A DNA stretch of 64,000 nt, taken from IMG/VR virus record IMGVR_UViG_3300033067_000991, positions 1,338 through 65,337 of that record; one strand, written 5' to 3'. The notes under the pieces are model-generated. The model was not told the origin of the DNA, did no database searches, and worked only from the letters and a program-made list of their open reading frames with translations. Below, piece after piece: positions 9,501 to 17,678 of this stretch. Numbering within the stretch: position 1 is the stretch's first letter; each line of letters starts with the position of its first letter. Source of the stretch: a virus. Taxonomy: Duplodnaviria > Caudoviricetes. Position numbers and translations under genes: made by a program.

Positions 9501-12500
9501 TGGCTCGCGGCACCGCCTCGAACATATCCGCGTCAGGCTTGAAGGCTTCATTGTGGGCAAAGTCCGCGACATTGGCCAGCGCCTCGATCACGGCCTTGTT
9601 GCTGCGCGGGTTTTCCGCGAACAGTCGCAACACTTCGCCCACGTTGGGATCGGTATCCAAGTCGAGCTGTTGGGCTACCTGCTGCACGGTCAGTCCACGG
9701 CGCCGACCATTCACCAGCATCTTGCCGGCTTCCGCCACAATGCTCCGGATATCCAATGCCCCGGCGCCCTCCAGCTTGGCCATCTTGGGCGCTACCTTGG
9801 CCAGGGCCGACATCACCAGCCGCGCTTCAGGATCGACGGCTTGCGCATGCAGCCGCACCAATTCCTCATCACCATACGCCTTGTGGAAGACCGCGGCATT
9901 GAGTCGGTCATAGGCTTGGCGGGTCGGCTGTCCGTTGCTGTCGATCAAGCCGCCTTGTTCAGCGGTCGGCATGGCCCGGACAAACTGCGTGACCGCCTGC
10001 CGATTGATGACGCCATCATCGTCAAAGGCAATGCCGTCCAGCGCAATGCGCGCGGCATCGTTTTGCGCCTGTTCGACCGGCGACAGCGTAAGCGTCCCGG
10101 CGATGTTCGATTCATCACCAATGTTCGGCGTCACGTCGCTTTCCGCCATGACGCGCACCAGCACCGGTTGGCGCAGCATGTTGATCACGCCCGGCTTGAT
10201 GCCATGGCTGGCCGCATCCTTCACCAGTTCGGCGCGGTAGTCCTTGGCCGTACCTTGTACATAGGCTTTCTGCAGGCCCGCCACTCGCCCATTCCCGGCA
10301 ATCGCCCGGGTGGCCGGCGTGGCAGCATCGCCATACGCGGCATTGACGGAACCATCGGCCTGGTTGGACGGCAGCAAGGCGCTGGCCTCAACGACGGCGT
10401 AGCGGGTCGGAATCCGCCGACCGCTGGCCGTAACGGTGGTTTCCTCGCGGCCCATCTGCCGCTCTTGAATCTGCCCGCCCGCCACGACCGGCGCCCCATT
10501 GGCGAAGTCTCGCGAAGGGCCAAGGCGAATGTAATCAGGCTGGGCTGCAATGCTCTGCATTTGCTGAATCGCCGCTGGGGTGGAGCGGTCGCGGTTCTGC
10601 AGGATGGTGGCTGGGGCGGATGGCTGGACCGGCGCCACGTCTGACATAGCGCTGTCCGGGGCCACTGCGGGCTTCTCCAGCACCACCATGCGCGCAGCCG
10701 TACCGGTCGTGTGGGTTTCCGTGCGATCCAGGAACGACCCATCCGGCAGTTTCTCGGCGCTCCCGCCGTGCTCATCGAGCCAGTTGCGGAATTGGGTCGC
10801 CGCCTTGTCCGTTCCGAAAAACACCCCCTCGCCGGCAATCGCCACGAGCTTCCCGCCGGGCTTCAGCAGGTCGTAGGCGCGCATGATATGCGCGGCGTCC
10901 TTGCGGTCGGTGCCCTTGCCAAAGGGCGGGTTCATGATGATGCGGTCGTACTGGGCGCCGGGCTGGTAGTCCTCAAAGTCATGCCCGACCAGCGGATAGC
11001 CCTTCGCCTCCAGTACCTTGCGCAAGGCTTCGGACACTTCCACGGTATCCACTTCGGCGCCTTTCGCCCGCGCCGCGTCGGCCAGGCTGCCCTTGCCGGC
11101 GGACGGTTCCAACACCTTCATGCCCGGCTCGATGCCCGCCACATCCGCCATACGCGCCGCCAATGGCTGGGGCGTGGGGAAGTAGTCAATGCCGACTTTT
11201 TGCCCGGCCAGCGCCATTTCCGCCGCCTTGACTGGATCGATGCTCGCCTTGCCCGCCTTCAGTTGCGCAAACTCGCGCACGGCGGCTTGCAGGTCGTCGG
11301 TGCTCTGGATACCGGCCCGCTGCAACCGGGTGATGTCCTGCATATTGCGCACGGCCAGCCAGCCGACCGCGCTTTCTGTCTCCCGCTTGCCCAGCACCTT
11401 TACCAGGCTGTTGTACAGATCCGGCGTCAACTGCTGACGATTGACCTCGGGGATGAGCTTTTTCCCGCCGCGCACCGCATTCAGCTTGCCCACCAAGCCC
11501 GGCACCCAGTCGCTGCGGATGGTGGTATCGGGCCAGCCTACATGCTGAAACTCAGACTCTGCATAAGGCTCGCTGCGGCGCTGCTTGGATTGCTCATAGG
11601 GCAGCTTCAGGACGCCCTCATACCGAGTGCGCGCATCGCGTAACACCCCGTCCAGCGCCTCAATCGCCGCCTTGCTGTTGATGCCCGCCAAGCGCTGCGC
11701 CTGGCCGTTCTCGATGGCATCCGCCAGGTTGGTCATGGTCTTGGCCAGCGCCTCATCCTGCGCGGCGCTATTCAAGGCGCTGGCGGCCATACTGGCGCGC
11801 CGGGCGGTATTGGTGTTGCGGTCGGCGTCTTGGGCGGCCTGCGCCCGCGTCAACAAAGTACCAGCCGTTTGCCGCAGCTTCGCGGCATTCCGGCGTGGCC
11901 GCTCGTCTGCCCGCGCTTGCAGAACTTCGCCCACGGTTTGGGGGGTGGGCGTAGGCGCCGGCACGGTGGCGCCCGTATCGACGCCGGCAGGGGCCGGCTC
12001 CGCAGCGTTTTGCGCAAACTTCTCCCGAATGAAGAACCCACCGTCCTTCTTGAACATGAACGGGTCAATGCGACGCGCCTCCTGCGCGGTGAGATCATTG
12101 CGCACAACACCGCGCAGCGTTTTGCCCTTTGCGGTGGTGTGCTCAACCCATTGCGGCGATTCGCCGGAATGGGTTGCCGGATCATTGACTGGTGCGGCGC
12201 GCGACTGCGCGGAGAGGGTCTGGGTGGCCTCCCGTTCCTGGCGCATCTTCAGGTAAGTGCCCAACAGCAGCTTCGCTTCCCCTGTCTGCCTCGCACCTTC
12301 GTTGCTCACTGCCGCGCCGGTTCTACGCGAGCCTTGGCCATCAAACTCATCGTCGCGCCACAGGCGGGCAATCTGCGCGTCCATCCTTCTTATTTCCGCC
12401 TCTAGTTCCGGCAAGCTCTTCTTGCCGTACTTGGCGTCCATGTCGGCGTACAGTTCTTCGTTGGCCTGCGTAAAGCGCTGCTCGCGGGTCAGGAGTTGCT

Positions 12501-15336
12501 CGGGCGGGGTCTTGCTCCACACTTCCTTTGCCGACTGCAAGGCACTGTCTTTGCTGTTTGCGATCAGCCAACCCCCGGTTGGGGATGTCTTGTATTGCCA
12601 ACGATCCCTCCATTGACGCAGTAGGCCAACGTCGGTGAGGTCGGACTCGTTGGGTTCGGTTGGCGCAGTTGCCGAGGATTCTTCGGGTGCTACCGTCGGC
12701 TCCTGACCCGCAACCGGCGTTCGGGAATCCGCAACCGGCGCCCCTGGTGCCTGGTCCGATTGCTGGCTATCCTTGACCTCCAGTACCGACATCCGCTCCG
12801 GCGCAACGCGCACCGTGCCGTCTTGACCGTCTAGTTGAACCTCAACCCACGGCCGACCGGACGATGTACGCAAGACGTTGTGAACCGTACCATCGGCGGT
12901 TTGTCCGTTGCCTACATCAACCTGCACGCGCGATTGGAACCAGCGGTGTTCGGGCCAGGCTTCGCCTTTATCAGCGGCCTCAACCCATGGTTGGGTCTGC
13001 GGCTTTTCCGCTAATGACTGTCCAGTGACGCCACCATCACCACCTGGCCCAGCCTGGCCCGGTGTCTCTGCAACAGTTCCAGCAGTTCCTCCGTCAAGAG
13101 ATCCTGAAACTCCCCCCGTAAGCGGTTCTCCAGCGTCTCGTGGTCCGTCAGCAGTTCCTGGTAGCGCTGCCACAGGTCCAGGTACATCTTCTCTAGGGCT
13201 TCCCTCGGGACGTGCGGCATAGTCGGCTCCGGTGGGGTCGGTAATCTCAGGCGCTACCGCTGTGGTTCCGGCGGCGTCCGGCGCACTGGCGACATCGCCC
13301 GGGGCGACGTTGGGGTCCGGCTGTTCCGGCGTGGCGGTGAGCGGTCCAGCGCTTCCGGGTACTGCGTCCGCAGTTTCGCTAAGGGGATTTTGGGCATTCG
13401 GCTGTTCCTGTTCGGGTTGTGGTGTAAGGGCGGCTTGAATCTTGTCGCGCAAGCTGCGGTGAAACCGTAGGGTATTCTCGGTTTCTTGCGTACCAGGCAC
13501 GGCAATGCCGGCCTCGCGCAGCCTTCCACGCACCGCCTCGGCGCCGCCCAGGGCGTCCACATTGGTAATGCGAAAGACGTTGTTCTGATCGTTCTCGGTC
13601 AGGACAGGGGCCGGGACGACCGCCGGAGCTTCCGCCCCGGTGGTCGCGTCGGTCAGCGGCTCAGCACTTCTTGCCGCCGCCGCCTTTTCCGGGCTTTTTG
13701 GACTTAGCCATGAGGGTTCCTCAGTGGGGGTGACAGCGCTTAACGGCGCACTGGGGGCCGGTTCTTCGGTAGTCGGCTCAGGGGCCGGAGCGGTCGGTTG
13801 GGGCGCGGCTTCGGGCGCATCGGTAGCCAAGCCCGGACGGGTGCCCAGCAGTCCAGCGGATGAGGCCAGCCCATCAGCCGGCGGCGTGGCCGGCTTGGGC
13901 GCTGCGGGTTCCGGCGCTACTGCGGCCGGCCCGGCGTCCACCACGGGAAGATTTTCCGGCATCCCGGGCTGGACGTTGGCGAGTCCTGCGGCGACTGCGG
14001 CGCCAGGGTCTGTTGCCCCAGCCGTTCCAACAGGCTGACGATCCCCACCAAGCATTCCAGCGTCACCGCCTGCTGTTGCAGGATCACGCTGTTCTGCTTG
14101 AGGAGTAACGCCAGTTCCTGGTTGCTGGCCGGGGATGAATCCGGTGAGGGGGTCGAAGCCGGGGGCTTGTGGCTGAAATGCTGCTGGATTCGGGAGAGTA
14201 GCGACATCGGGGGCTCCTGCGTAAGAAGATGGCGGAAGCTGCTGCCAGGCCGGCGGCACAAACGGTTGGCCCAGCGTCGGTTGCTCCGGCGCGACGGGCG
14301 GCAGACCAGCGGGAGTCGGCTGCGGACCAGTAACAGTCGGCGTGGGCGGTATGTCTGCGCCTGGCTGCGCGCGCGGTTGCATGGCGCCACCAGCCCCGCC
14401 GACCAGCCCGCCACCGACCGCGCCCATAGCGGCCGAAATGCCGTATTCGTTGAGCGCGTCCGGGGTCGCCAGCGGCATGCCACCGCCCCAGCGCTCCAAG
14501 GCGGTCTGCGGGATTTCCGTGGCGCCCTCCACGATGGCGGCCTGACCTGCTTGCTTGGCGATGTTGCCCAAGCGGCTGGCGCCCTGCGGCAGATATTCGG
14601 TGACGGGCAGCGCCACACCAGCGGCCTTGCCGAATAGAGGCTTCAGCACCTTGCGGGCCGCGAACAATTCGCCAGCCGTATCTAGGGCCGCCGCCGGCAG
14701 CGCCGCCGTCAGCGCCCGGCCCTTGTCATCGAGACCGGTGTCCCGCTGATTCGCCCGCGCCTCGCCATATTCCATCGTCACATTCGGTACGAAGGCGCCG
14801 CCGATACCGCCTAGCACGCCGCCCACGGCGGCACCCGCCGGGCCGGCGAGCCCACCAGCCATCGCCCCCAGTCGGGCGCCCGTGAAGGCGCCCGCCGCCG
14901 ATACTGGCAACTGCGCGGCCAGTTGCCCGGCCGCTTCGCCCAGGAAGGCGCGCGGCTTGGCCACGATATCGCCCATGGTCTGTATGGCGCTGGGATTGGC
15001 TTGCTGGATCGACTCGCCATACTGCCGTACCGGCTGCCCCAGGTCCGGCGCCCCGACATCTTCGAGCACCGTCCCCAGGGAGGCGATACCGGCTCCGGTC
15101 ATGGCCTTGGCCGACCGGCCCAGCGACTCGGCAAAGCCGGGGGCGGGGGGCGGTTGCGTGGGCTGCGGCGCAAAGCCGAAGTGGGCGCGCACGTCTTGCA
15201 CCAAGTCAGCAGCCGGGGCCGTCTGCGCAAAACCGAAATGCGCCCGCGCGTCCTGTATCAGGTCGGGGGCAATGGTCGGCGCCGTTCCGCCTAGCCGGGT
15301 AGCATTGCGTTGCAGGTCATCCGGGTTTGCTGCCAT
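3586..15336 (-). CDS. Giant (3916 aa) polyvalent virion/ejection protein: N6-adenine MTase, ddrB-like ParB, HExxH metallopeptidase, two ART-like domains, LPD38
   Basis: VLEPSAGKG and IIMNPPF; ILQNRDRS..IAGNGR; HEILH..EELLAD; AWHGS..GHGLYFS; NFWRWFGDS.VVD..GRPLVVYHG; DWRRDSY..IPRPFEMG..NRDSFTGRPIE. Confidence 0.92.
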   Translation of the reverse strand: MAANPDDLQRNATRLGGTAPTIAPDLIQDARAHFGFAQTAPAADLVQDVRAHFGFAPQPTQPPPAPGFAESLGRSAKAMTGAGIASLGTVLEDVGAPDLGQPVRQYGESIQQANPSAIQTMGDIVAKPRAFLGEAAGQLAAQLPVSAAGAFTGARLGAMAGGLAGPAGAAVGGVLGGIGGAFVPNVTMEYGEARANQRDTGLDDKGRALTAALPAAALDTAGELFAARKVLKPLFGKAAGVALPVTEYLPQGASRLGNIAKQAGQAAIVEGATEIPQTALERWGGGMPLATPDALNEYGISAAMGAVGGGLVGGAGGAMQPRAQPGADIPPTPTVTGPQPTPAGLPPVAPEQPTLGQPFVPPAWQQLPPSSYAGAPDVATLPNPAAFQPQAPGFDPLTGFIPGQQPGTGVTPQAEQRDPATAGGDAGMLGGDRQPVGTAGATDPGAAVAAGLANVQPGMPENLPVVDAGPAAVAPEPAAPKPATPPADGLASSAGLLGTRPGLATDAPEAAPQPTAPAPEPTTEEPAPSAPLSAVTPTEEPSWLSPKSPEKAAAARSAEPLTDATTGAEAPAVVPAPVLTENDQNNVFRITNVDALGGAEAVRGRLREAGIAVPGTQETENTLRFHRSLRDKIQAALTPQPEQEQPNAQNPLSETADAVPGSAGPLTATPEQPDPNVAPGDVASAPDAAGTTAVAPEITDPTGADYAARPEGSPREDVPGPVAALPGTADGPRDAGEPLTGGVSGSLDGGTAGTVAETPGQAGPGGDGGVTGQSLAEKPQTQPWVEAADKGEAWPEHRWFQSRVQVDVGNGQTADGTVHNVLRTSSGRPWVEVQLDGQDGTVRVAPERMSVLEVKDSQQSDQAPGAPVADSRTPVAGQEPTVAPEESSATAPTEPNESDLTDVGLLRQWRDRWQYKTSPTGGWLIANSKDSALQSAKEVWSKTPPEQLLTREQRFTQANEELYADMDAKYGKKSLPELEAEIRRMDAQIARLWRDDEFDGQGSRRTGAAVSNEGARQTGEAKLLLGTYLKMRQEREATQTLSAQSRAAPVNDPATHSGESPQWVEHTTAKGKTLRGVVRNDLTAQEARRIDPFMFKKDGGFFIREKFAQNAAEPAPAGVDTGATVPAPTPTPQTVGEVLQARADERPRRNAAKLRQTAGTLLTRAQAAQDADRNTNTARRASMAASALNSAAQDEALAKTMTNLADAIENGQAQRLAGINSKAAIEALDGVLRDARTRYEGVLKLPYEQSKQRRSEPYAESEFQHVGWPDTTIRSDWVPGLVGKLNAVRGGKKLIPEVNRQQLTPDLYNSLVKVLGKRETESAVGWLAVRNMQDITRLQRAGIQSTDDLQAAVREFAQLKAGKASIDPVKAAEMALAGQKVGIDYFPTPQPLAARMADVAGIEPGMKVLEPSAGKGSLADAARAKGAEVDTVEVSEALRKVLEAKGYPLVGHDFEDYQPGAQYDRIIMNPPFGKGTDRKDAAHIMRAYDLLKPGGKLVAIAGEGVFFGTDKAATQFRNWLDEHGGSAEKLPDGSFLDRTETHTTGTAARMVVLEKPAVAPDSAMSDVAPVQPSAPATILQNRDRSTPAAIQQMQSIAAQPDYIRLGPSRDFANGAPVVAGGQIQERQMGREETTVTASGRRIPTRYAVVEASALLPSNQADGSVNAAYGDAATPATRAIAGNGRVAGLQKAYVQGTAKDYRAELVKDAASHGIKPGVINMLRQPVLVRVMAESDVTPNIGDESNIAGTLTLSPVEQAQNDAARIALDGIAFDDDGVINRQAVTQFVRAMPTAEQGGLIDSNGQPTRQAYDRLNAAVFHKAYGDEELVRLHAQAVDPEARLVMSALAKVAPKMAKLEGAGALDIRSIVAEAGKMLVNGRRRGLTVQQVAQQLDLDTDPNVGEVLRLFAENPRSNKAVIEALANVADFAHNEAFKPDADMFEAVPRATRQDVLNRLRNDHGRSSQADMAQSGRGEPVPVDAPQGTADRGSTTSAATTDSDLFPAADAATRAEADRLALIEAQKEQQRKSNATQAPPADEGIFALDNRQADLADTAGEWTGGTTNRPRFGSGAVATLSQAEQELRELAHADERPGDVLLGNGQYVAFDAVMQRLREGVDSGAIRPVPAQVHMTLDVAMRDVDRLLEALDGVPTDAPQFSRSSTAPNNALTYEYAVPPNNPRAAPIDKAALRALRRDAVRLEDTGRAITFQILDDGRAVVRGPARVKVPKRFQRFADQHGLTLVVRRGASAHTTTPMPDAHRESGALYFGEILDSPVDAPDTTWRNRDGKTRFKRATDNAPQSPPLRLPLAANQAKAEALNRSLARQFKNNAWNTAYVQRDLPESLAEFAAAAKAAFDAEVIGITATNPRFDQFNGINVGGRHFVNLNANVGFVNVTGHEILHQLKRERPDLYHWFALQARGHYQNFAEYQDRLNSLLQAGETRFNKAAAEEELLADLTGDLLADPAFVQRLAEASPSKFKQLLNAVIKWLKQAADKLMQRGLGSSDYFRDIETLREHLAQALVAYAEGGTAKLSKLQGPKFHQAWHGSIHLFDRFSLSKAQSVGVSKGFGHGLYFSDVRFIADLYRGTGGKPGGGRLYQVDLAPQADEYMDYFKPLSQQSEKVRAALASLGFGDDPRATGEAVYNQLAASTGSQPNASAALHQAGVRGIRYPAEGSINKGKSNYVLFSDTDVTITAKFSRSAKGTITVDGVERPTTNSNGQPIHPTEEGMRNFWRWFGDSRVVDDQGRPLVVYHGGPTRLTDGREGIKAFSKAKLGWRTGASSAEHGFFFSDSAAVADSYNSADVLNSPLGGPAHRVDVAQAELEKWLDGVNLGEAVWDEDEQGYVLQITEYTQFGDENTYEWGVGVYFDTEQEALAAFGTDVVPTAIAKAEKELAAAEANLDRYVKEQIISGGATVYPVYLNITDPLRHDFKGGNYEDQSFTELMEEAKDDELDGVLLKNVRDDYEGKGIPSNVWVAFDPTQIKSAIGNTGAFSPDTPDIRFSRAYTPEQQAVKDKYAEGQTLHTKTLRQRVEESVDHWQTAWAQKVVDRYRSFRDVLKDPELWKQARLAAQSEGAVVAAMHFGAPAWDASGAIKTDLSATPLDKLNQTLGGEINDFLIWVAAQRADRINRKADAAADMVQILEQEIEDLPTQLPDRPTQKHRDAIQAKIAQAERDLKAAKRAARIRERFLDEDTIAASLTFDQGTMVDGRDRAQVYRQAAEDFNRLNDAFVALNVESGTISAEDAERWRSEGVYVPFYRFLQDEDGTARRRGLPDLGSLDAQTAFKQYKGSAIPLNDLLSNVLGNWHHLAHTATHNAAAVKALDLAVDMGLAERVPEAQATDRSLWVRQDGRKVYYNQIGTGTDAKLVWEALEGMHYTGWQSPAIQLMSKFSQLLRAGVTASPVYRARNLIRDSIQALATSNVSQAPGRAVLDGWKATQPRTMQELQAFADMVSSGALFGIHEAGYLREGNPASANAKALLKLGSKPDRDGAILLRSWDQLSALWDKYQAGGARLENVNRAAAFRKTFAETGSLLDAAFEANDLMPFQMRGTSHLLFNMARVVPFFNSRLQGLDKLARSAIDENTRKQFVTVTGAYIGLSLLAYMALADDDDYKELEDWRRDSYHYFKVGGQLYKIPRPFEMGVLATMAERTLEQFMRYGEVPKTLWLDRLYAALGDTLSINPIPQAMQPMLDVYANRDSFTGRPIEGMGMERLSKADRKTPDSSYVGVGMAQGLDAVFDTLTFGRQQTPLSPVQIDSLIEGYMGWLGALALAGSNLVLDGLSGAPDKPADIRAIPIVGDFVRAFSDADIPRSTAYSSLFYDHLRVVQQAQADLNHARRMGDSQKVADLLKDKRVPLNLKGAYNKAASDLSDINRRMQAIRVGPQDGAAKRAQLDRLQTRKNQLTETIERRFGRMLQ
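9288..9464 (-). CDS. Candidate overprinted small protein in the +1 frame of the giant gene
   Basis: GAGGA 6 nt before ATG; MDAAAKQIWRSPGGVSLFRSMLRKEPLTAEAQQALQQL. Confidence 0.4.
   Translation of the reverse strand: MDAAAKQIWRSPGGVSLFRSMLRKEPLTAEAQQALQQLTATSSPPQTPPPEPKPTDSR
13011..13220 (-). CDS. Candidate overprinted acidic helical protein (69 aa) in the +1 frame of the giant gene
   Basis: GGAG 6 nt before ATG; amphipathic L/E/Q-rich sequence unlike a shadow ORF. Confidence 0.55.
   Translation of the reverse strand: MPHVPREALEKMYLDLWQRYQELLTDHETLENRLRGEFQDLLTEELLELLQRHRARLGQVVMVASLDSH
13917..14207 (-). CDS. Candidate overprinted coiled-coil protein (96 aa) in the +1 frame of the giant gene
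   Basis: AGGAG 6 nt before ATG; NQELALLLKQNSVILQQQAVTLECLVGIVSLLERL heptad pattern. Confidence 0.5.
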   Translation of the reverse strand: MSLLSRIQQHFSHKPPASTPSPDSSPASNQELALLLKQNSVILQQQAVTLECLVGIVSLLERLGQQTLAPQSPQDSPTSSPGCRKIFPWWTPGRPQ

Positions 15337-15372
15337 AAGGATAAATCTGTGTCGGTCGTTTCGTTTATGTAC

Positions 15373-15410
15373 TGTCTAGCGGCTAGACGTATCTGTCTAG
15401 CCGCTAGACA
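15373..15410. promoter_or_regulatory. Double palindrome GTCTAGC-n-GCTAGAC x2, 21 bp apart, upstream of the giant gene
   Basis: 15374-15388 and 15395-15409; each is a perfect 7-1-7 palindrome and the two are also mutually inverted. Confidence 0.75.
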
Positions 15411-15431
15411 GACATTTTCAGCCGCAGAACT

Positions 15432-17456
15432 TCAGTTGGTGACACCAAACCCTTGCGCCAGCAGTGCCCTTGCGTCGGCTTCAGTAGCGTCTGGGTTCTT
15501 GGTGTTGCGCAGATACTCCAGCACCTGCGCCACGGTCGGCGGCGCCTTCGGTTGCCCCTGCGCCGGCGCAGTCGGGTTCAGCACCTTGCCTTCGCCAGTC
15601 ACCGTGTTGTACAGCGGGAATCCGGTCTGCCCCTCCGGCGGCAAGTAGTTATCCCCGCCCAGCGGTTTCCACTCGCCGGACTGGCGCGTGCCCAGCAACT
15701 CCGGGTGTTGCAGCTTGTATTGCTCAATGCCGGCCTGGGCCTGCGATAGATTAGCCTGTCCCAGACGCCATTGGTTCTCGGCCGGGTTGCCCTGTTGATT
15801 GGTGAGAGACCCGAAACTGCTGGCCATGGCCCCCGGACTGCCGCCGTAGGAGCCGGCCAACTGGTTGTACATGGCCAAGGCATTCGCCGTGCGCGGCGAA
15901 TCGGATGGGCTGGTCGTGGCCAAGGAATACAGGCTCGCCAACTGCCGTTGCCGCATCTGCTCGCCCTGTAGTTGTTGCTGTAGCAACTGGTCACGCGGCG
16001 AAGCCGGCGGGCGATAGTCGGGGCGCCATTCTGGGACAGCGGAAATGCCTGACTTCATCCTGTCGAAATACTGAGCAAGACTCGCGCTTTCCGCGACCCG
16101 GTTGGCCTCTACGTTTTTGGCGATCTGGGCCTTCTGTTCGGGTGACGCGCCGTGATAATAGACATCCACATACTCATCGACCGGCGCCTGACCTTTCCCG
16201 GCATATTTGGCAATCAAGTCCATCTTGGCTTGTGAGGGCGCGCCATAGTTGCCTCGCGCATGCTCTATCGTGCGGTCCTGGTAATACTCGGGACCAAAGG
16301 CTTGCTCCTTGTTCTGCATCAAGGTCGGCGCCGCGGCTGCCATCATCGCCGGATTGTCAAAGATACGCTGGCGGCCGGCGCGATCCGTGACCGCGATAGG
16401 CTTGGCAAAATTGGCGTCGGGGTTGGTCTGGGGTTGGCCGAGGACGGGTTGTTGTGCGGGCTGTGTGGCAGCAGGGGCCGGCGGCGCATACGGTTTGCCC
16501 ATGACTCCGCGCGCCACATCGGCTATGCCCTGGCCAACAGATTGAGCAGATTTGCTGGCTTGGTTGGATAAGCCGGCTTGAGCGATTTGCGCTCCAGTGC
16601 CTAGCGCATTGAATGGCTCGCTAACCCTGGACGCAGTAGATGCCACATTGCGGCCGAAATTGTATGCGGCACTTGGTTGCGGCGTAGCAGGAGTATCCGC
16701 ATACGGCCTCCCCGTTTTAGGATCGATCATCCCGCCCCCGGCAAAATACAGCGGAGCGCCCAGGCGGCTCACCTGCGCCGTGCCGCTCATGAAGTATTGC
16801 GGCTGCTGATCGTCTGGATTGGGCGGCGTGATGGGCGCCGGGTTCGGTGTCATCCAGCCCTGCGGCGTGTCGATGACCTGCCCCGGCAACGGATTGGCGA
16901 CTTGCCAGCCGCGCCCCGTATCGATGGCTTCGCCGGCCGGGACGGGCGCGTTCGGTGTCTGCCAGCCCTGCGCGGTGTCCACCAATTGCCCCGGCAGCGG
17001 GTTCGGCGTCTGCCAGCCGCGCCCGGTATCGATGGTTTCGCCGGGGGCCGCCACTGGTCCGCGCCCCATCGCGCCAGACGGCTCCGGGCTCAGGGCGTAA
17101 CGGCCAGTCCCGCCCAGTGCGCTGCTGAACGCACCATTGGCGGACGCGACTTGCATCGCCAAGTCCAGCGCCCCGGCTTCGCGCTCCCGGTCCTGCTGGT
17201 ACACGCGCGCCACTTCCTCCTCGCCATCCGCGTAGTAGCGCGGCGTCATGTCGCCCAGGCGCATGCCTTGCTGGTTGAGACGCTGAATGTTGCCGCGCCC
17301 CAGCATTTCGGCGGCCTGCGGCGTCAACACGGCTTCACCCGGCCGCAGCCAGGCGGGCACGACATCCGGGCCCTTCGGCTGGCCGGGCACTTTCGGCAAG
17401 CCCTTGGCGGCGTACCGGACCTTGGGCTTGAGCTTGGCTTTGGCTTTGGTTTTCAT
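15432..17456 (-). CDS. Probable internal virion/ejection protein with four IDTxxGW repeats
   Basis: DVVPAWLRPGEAVL..G..NIQRLN, YYADG and FAGGG motifs typical of phage ejection/tape-measure-like proteins. Confidence 0.75.
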   Translation of the reverse strand: MKTKAKAKLKPKVRYAAKGLPKVPGQPKGPDVVPAWLRPGEAVLTPQAAEMLGRGNIQRLNQQGMRLGDMTPRYYADGEEEVARVYQQDREREAGALDLAMQVASANGAFSSALGGTGRYALSPEPSGAMGRGPVAAPGETIDTGRGWQTPNPLPGQLVDTAQGWQTPNAPVPAGEAIDTGRGWQVANPLPGQVIDTPQGWMTPNPAPITPPNPDDQQPQYFMSGTAQVSRLGAPLYFAGGGMIDPKTGRPYADTPATPQPSAAYNFGRNVASTASRVSEPFNALGTGAQIAQAGLSNQASKSAQSVGQGIADVARGVMGKPYAPPAPAATQPAQQPVLGQPQTNPDANFAKPIAVTDRAGRQRIFDNPAMMAAAAPTLMQNKEQAFGPEYYQDRTIEHARGNYGAPSQAKMDLIAKYAGKGQAPVDEYVDVYYHGASPEQKAQIAKNVEANRVAESASLAQYFDRMKSGISAVPEWRPDYRPPASPRDQLLQQQLQGEQMRQRQLASLYSLATTSPSDSPRTANALAMYNQLAGSYGGSPGAMASSFGSLTNQQGNPAENQWRLGQANLSQAQAGIEQYKLQHPELLGTRQSGEWKPLGGDNYLPPEGQTGFPLYNTVTGEGKVLNPTAPAQGQPKAPPTVAQVLEYLRNTKNPDATEADARALLAQGFGVTN

Positions 17457-17458
17457 GG

Positions 17459-17668
17459 CTAGATATCTGCGTAGTCAGGTACGACGGGGAGTTTCGGCAT
17501 GGGGGGCATGGCCGGCGGCACCATGCCTTCGCCTACCGTCAGGTCGGGCATTTCTGGGTTGTCGCCCATGGTTGGCATGTCCGGAAGGTCCGGAACTACC
17601 GGGTTCGGCGGCGGGTCAAGCTCCAGTTCCGGCGGCAGGTCCGGCATGTCTTGTAGATCAATCGCCAT
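17459..17668 (-). CDS. Small acidic Pro/Met-rich protein
   Basis: GGAG upstream; fills the gap in the late operon. Confidence 0.65.
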   Translation of the reverse strand: MAIDLQDMPDLPPELELDPPPNPVVPDLPDMPTMGDNPEMPDLTVGEGMVPPAMPPMPKLPVVPDYADI

Positions 17669-17678
17669 CCTTCACTCC

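Noticed and set aside
13254-13397. A fourth overprinted ORF (MPKIPLAKLRTQY...) in the giant gene
   Set aside because: Weak SD and P/R/S-rich shadow-like composition; not supported enough
3810-15379. Long plus-strand ORFs opposite the giant gene (e.g. 9268-10644, 3832-4830, 6883-7833)
   Set aside because: Antisense shadows of a GC3-rich gene; no SD or recognisable motifs
17190-17250. YYADG as a reverse-transcriptase YADD motif
   Set aside because: No other RT motifs; it fits the F/YADGG motif of ejection proteins
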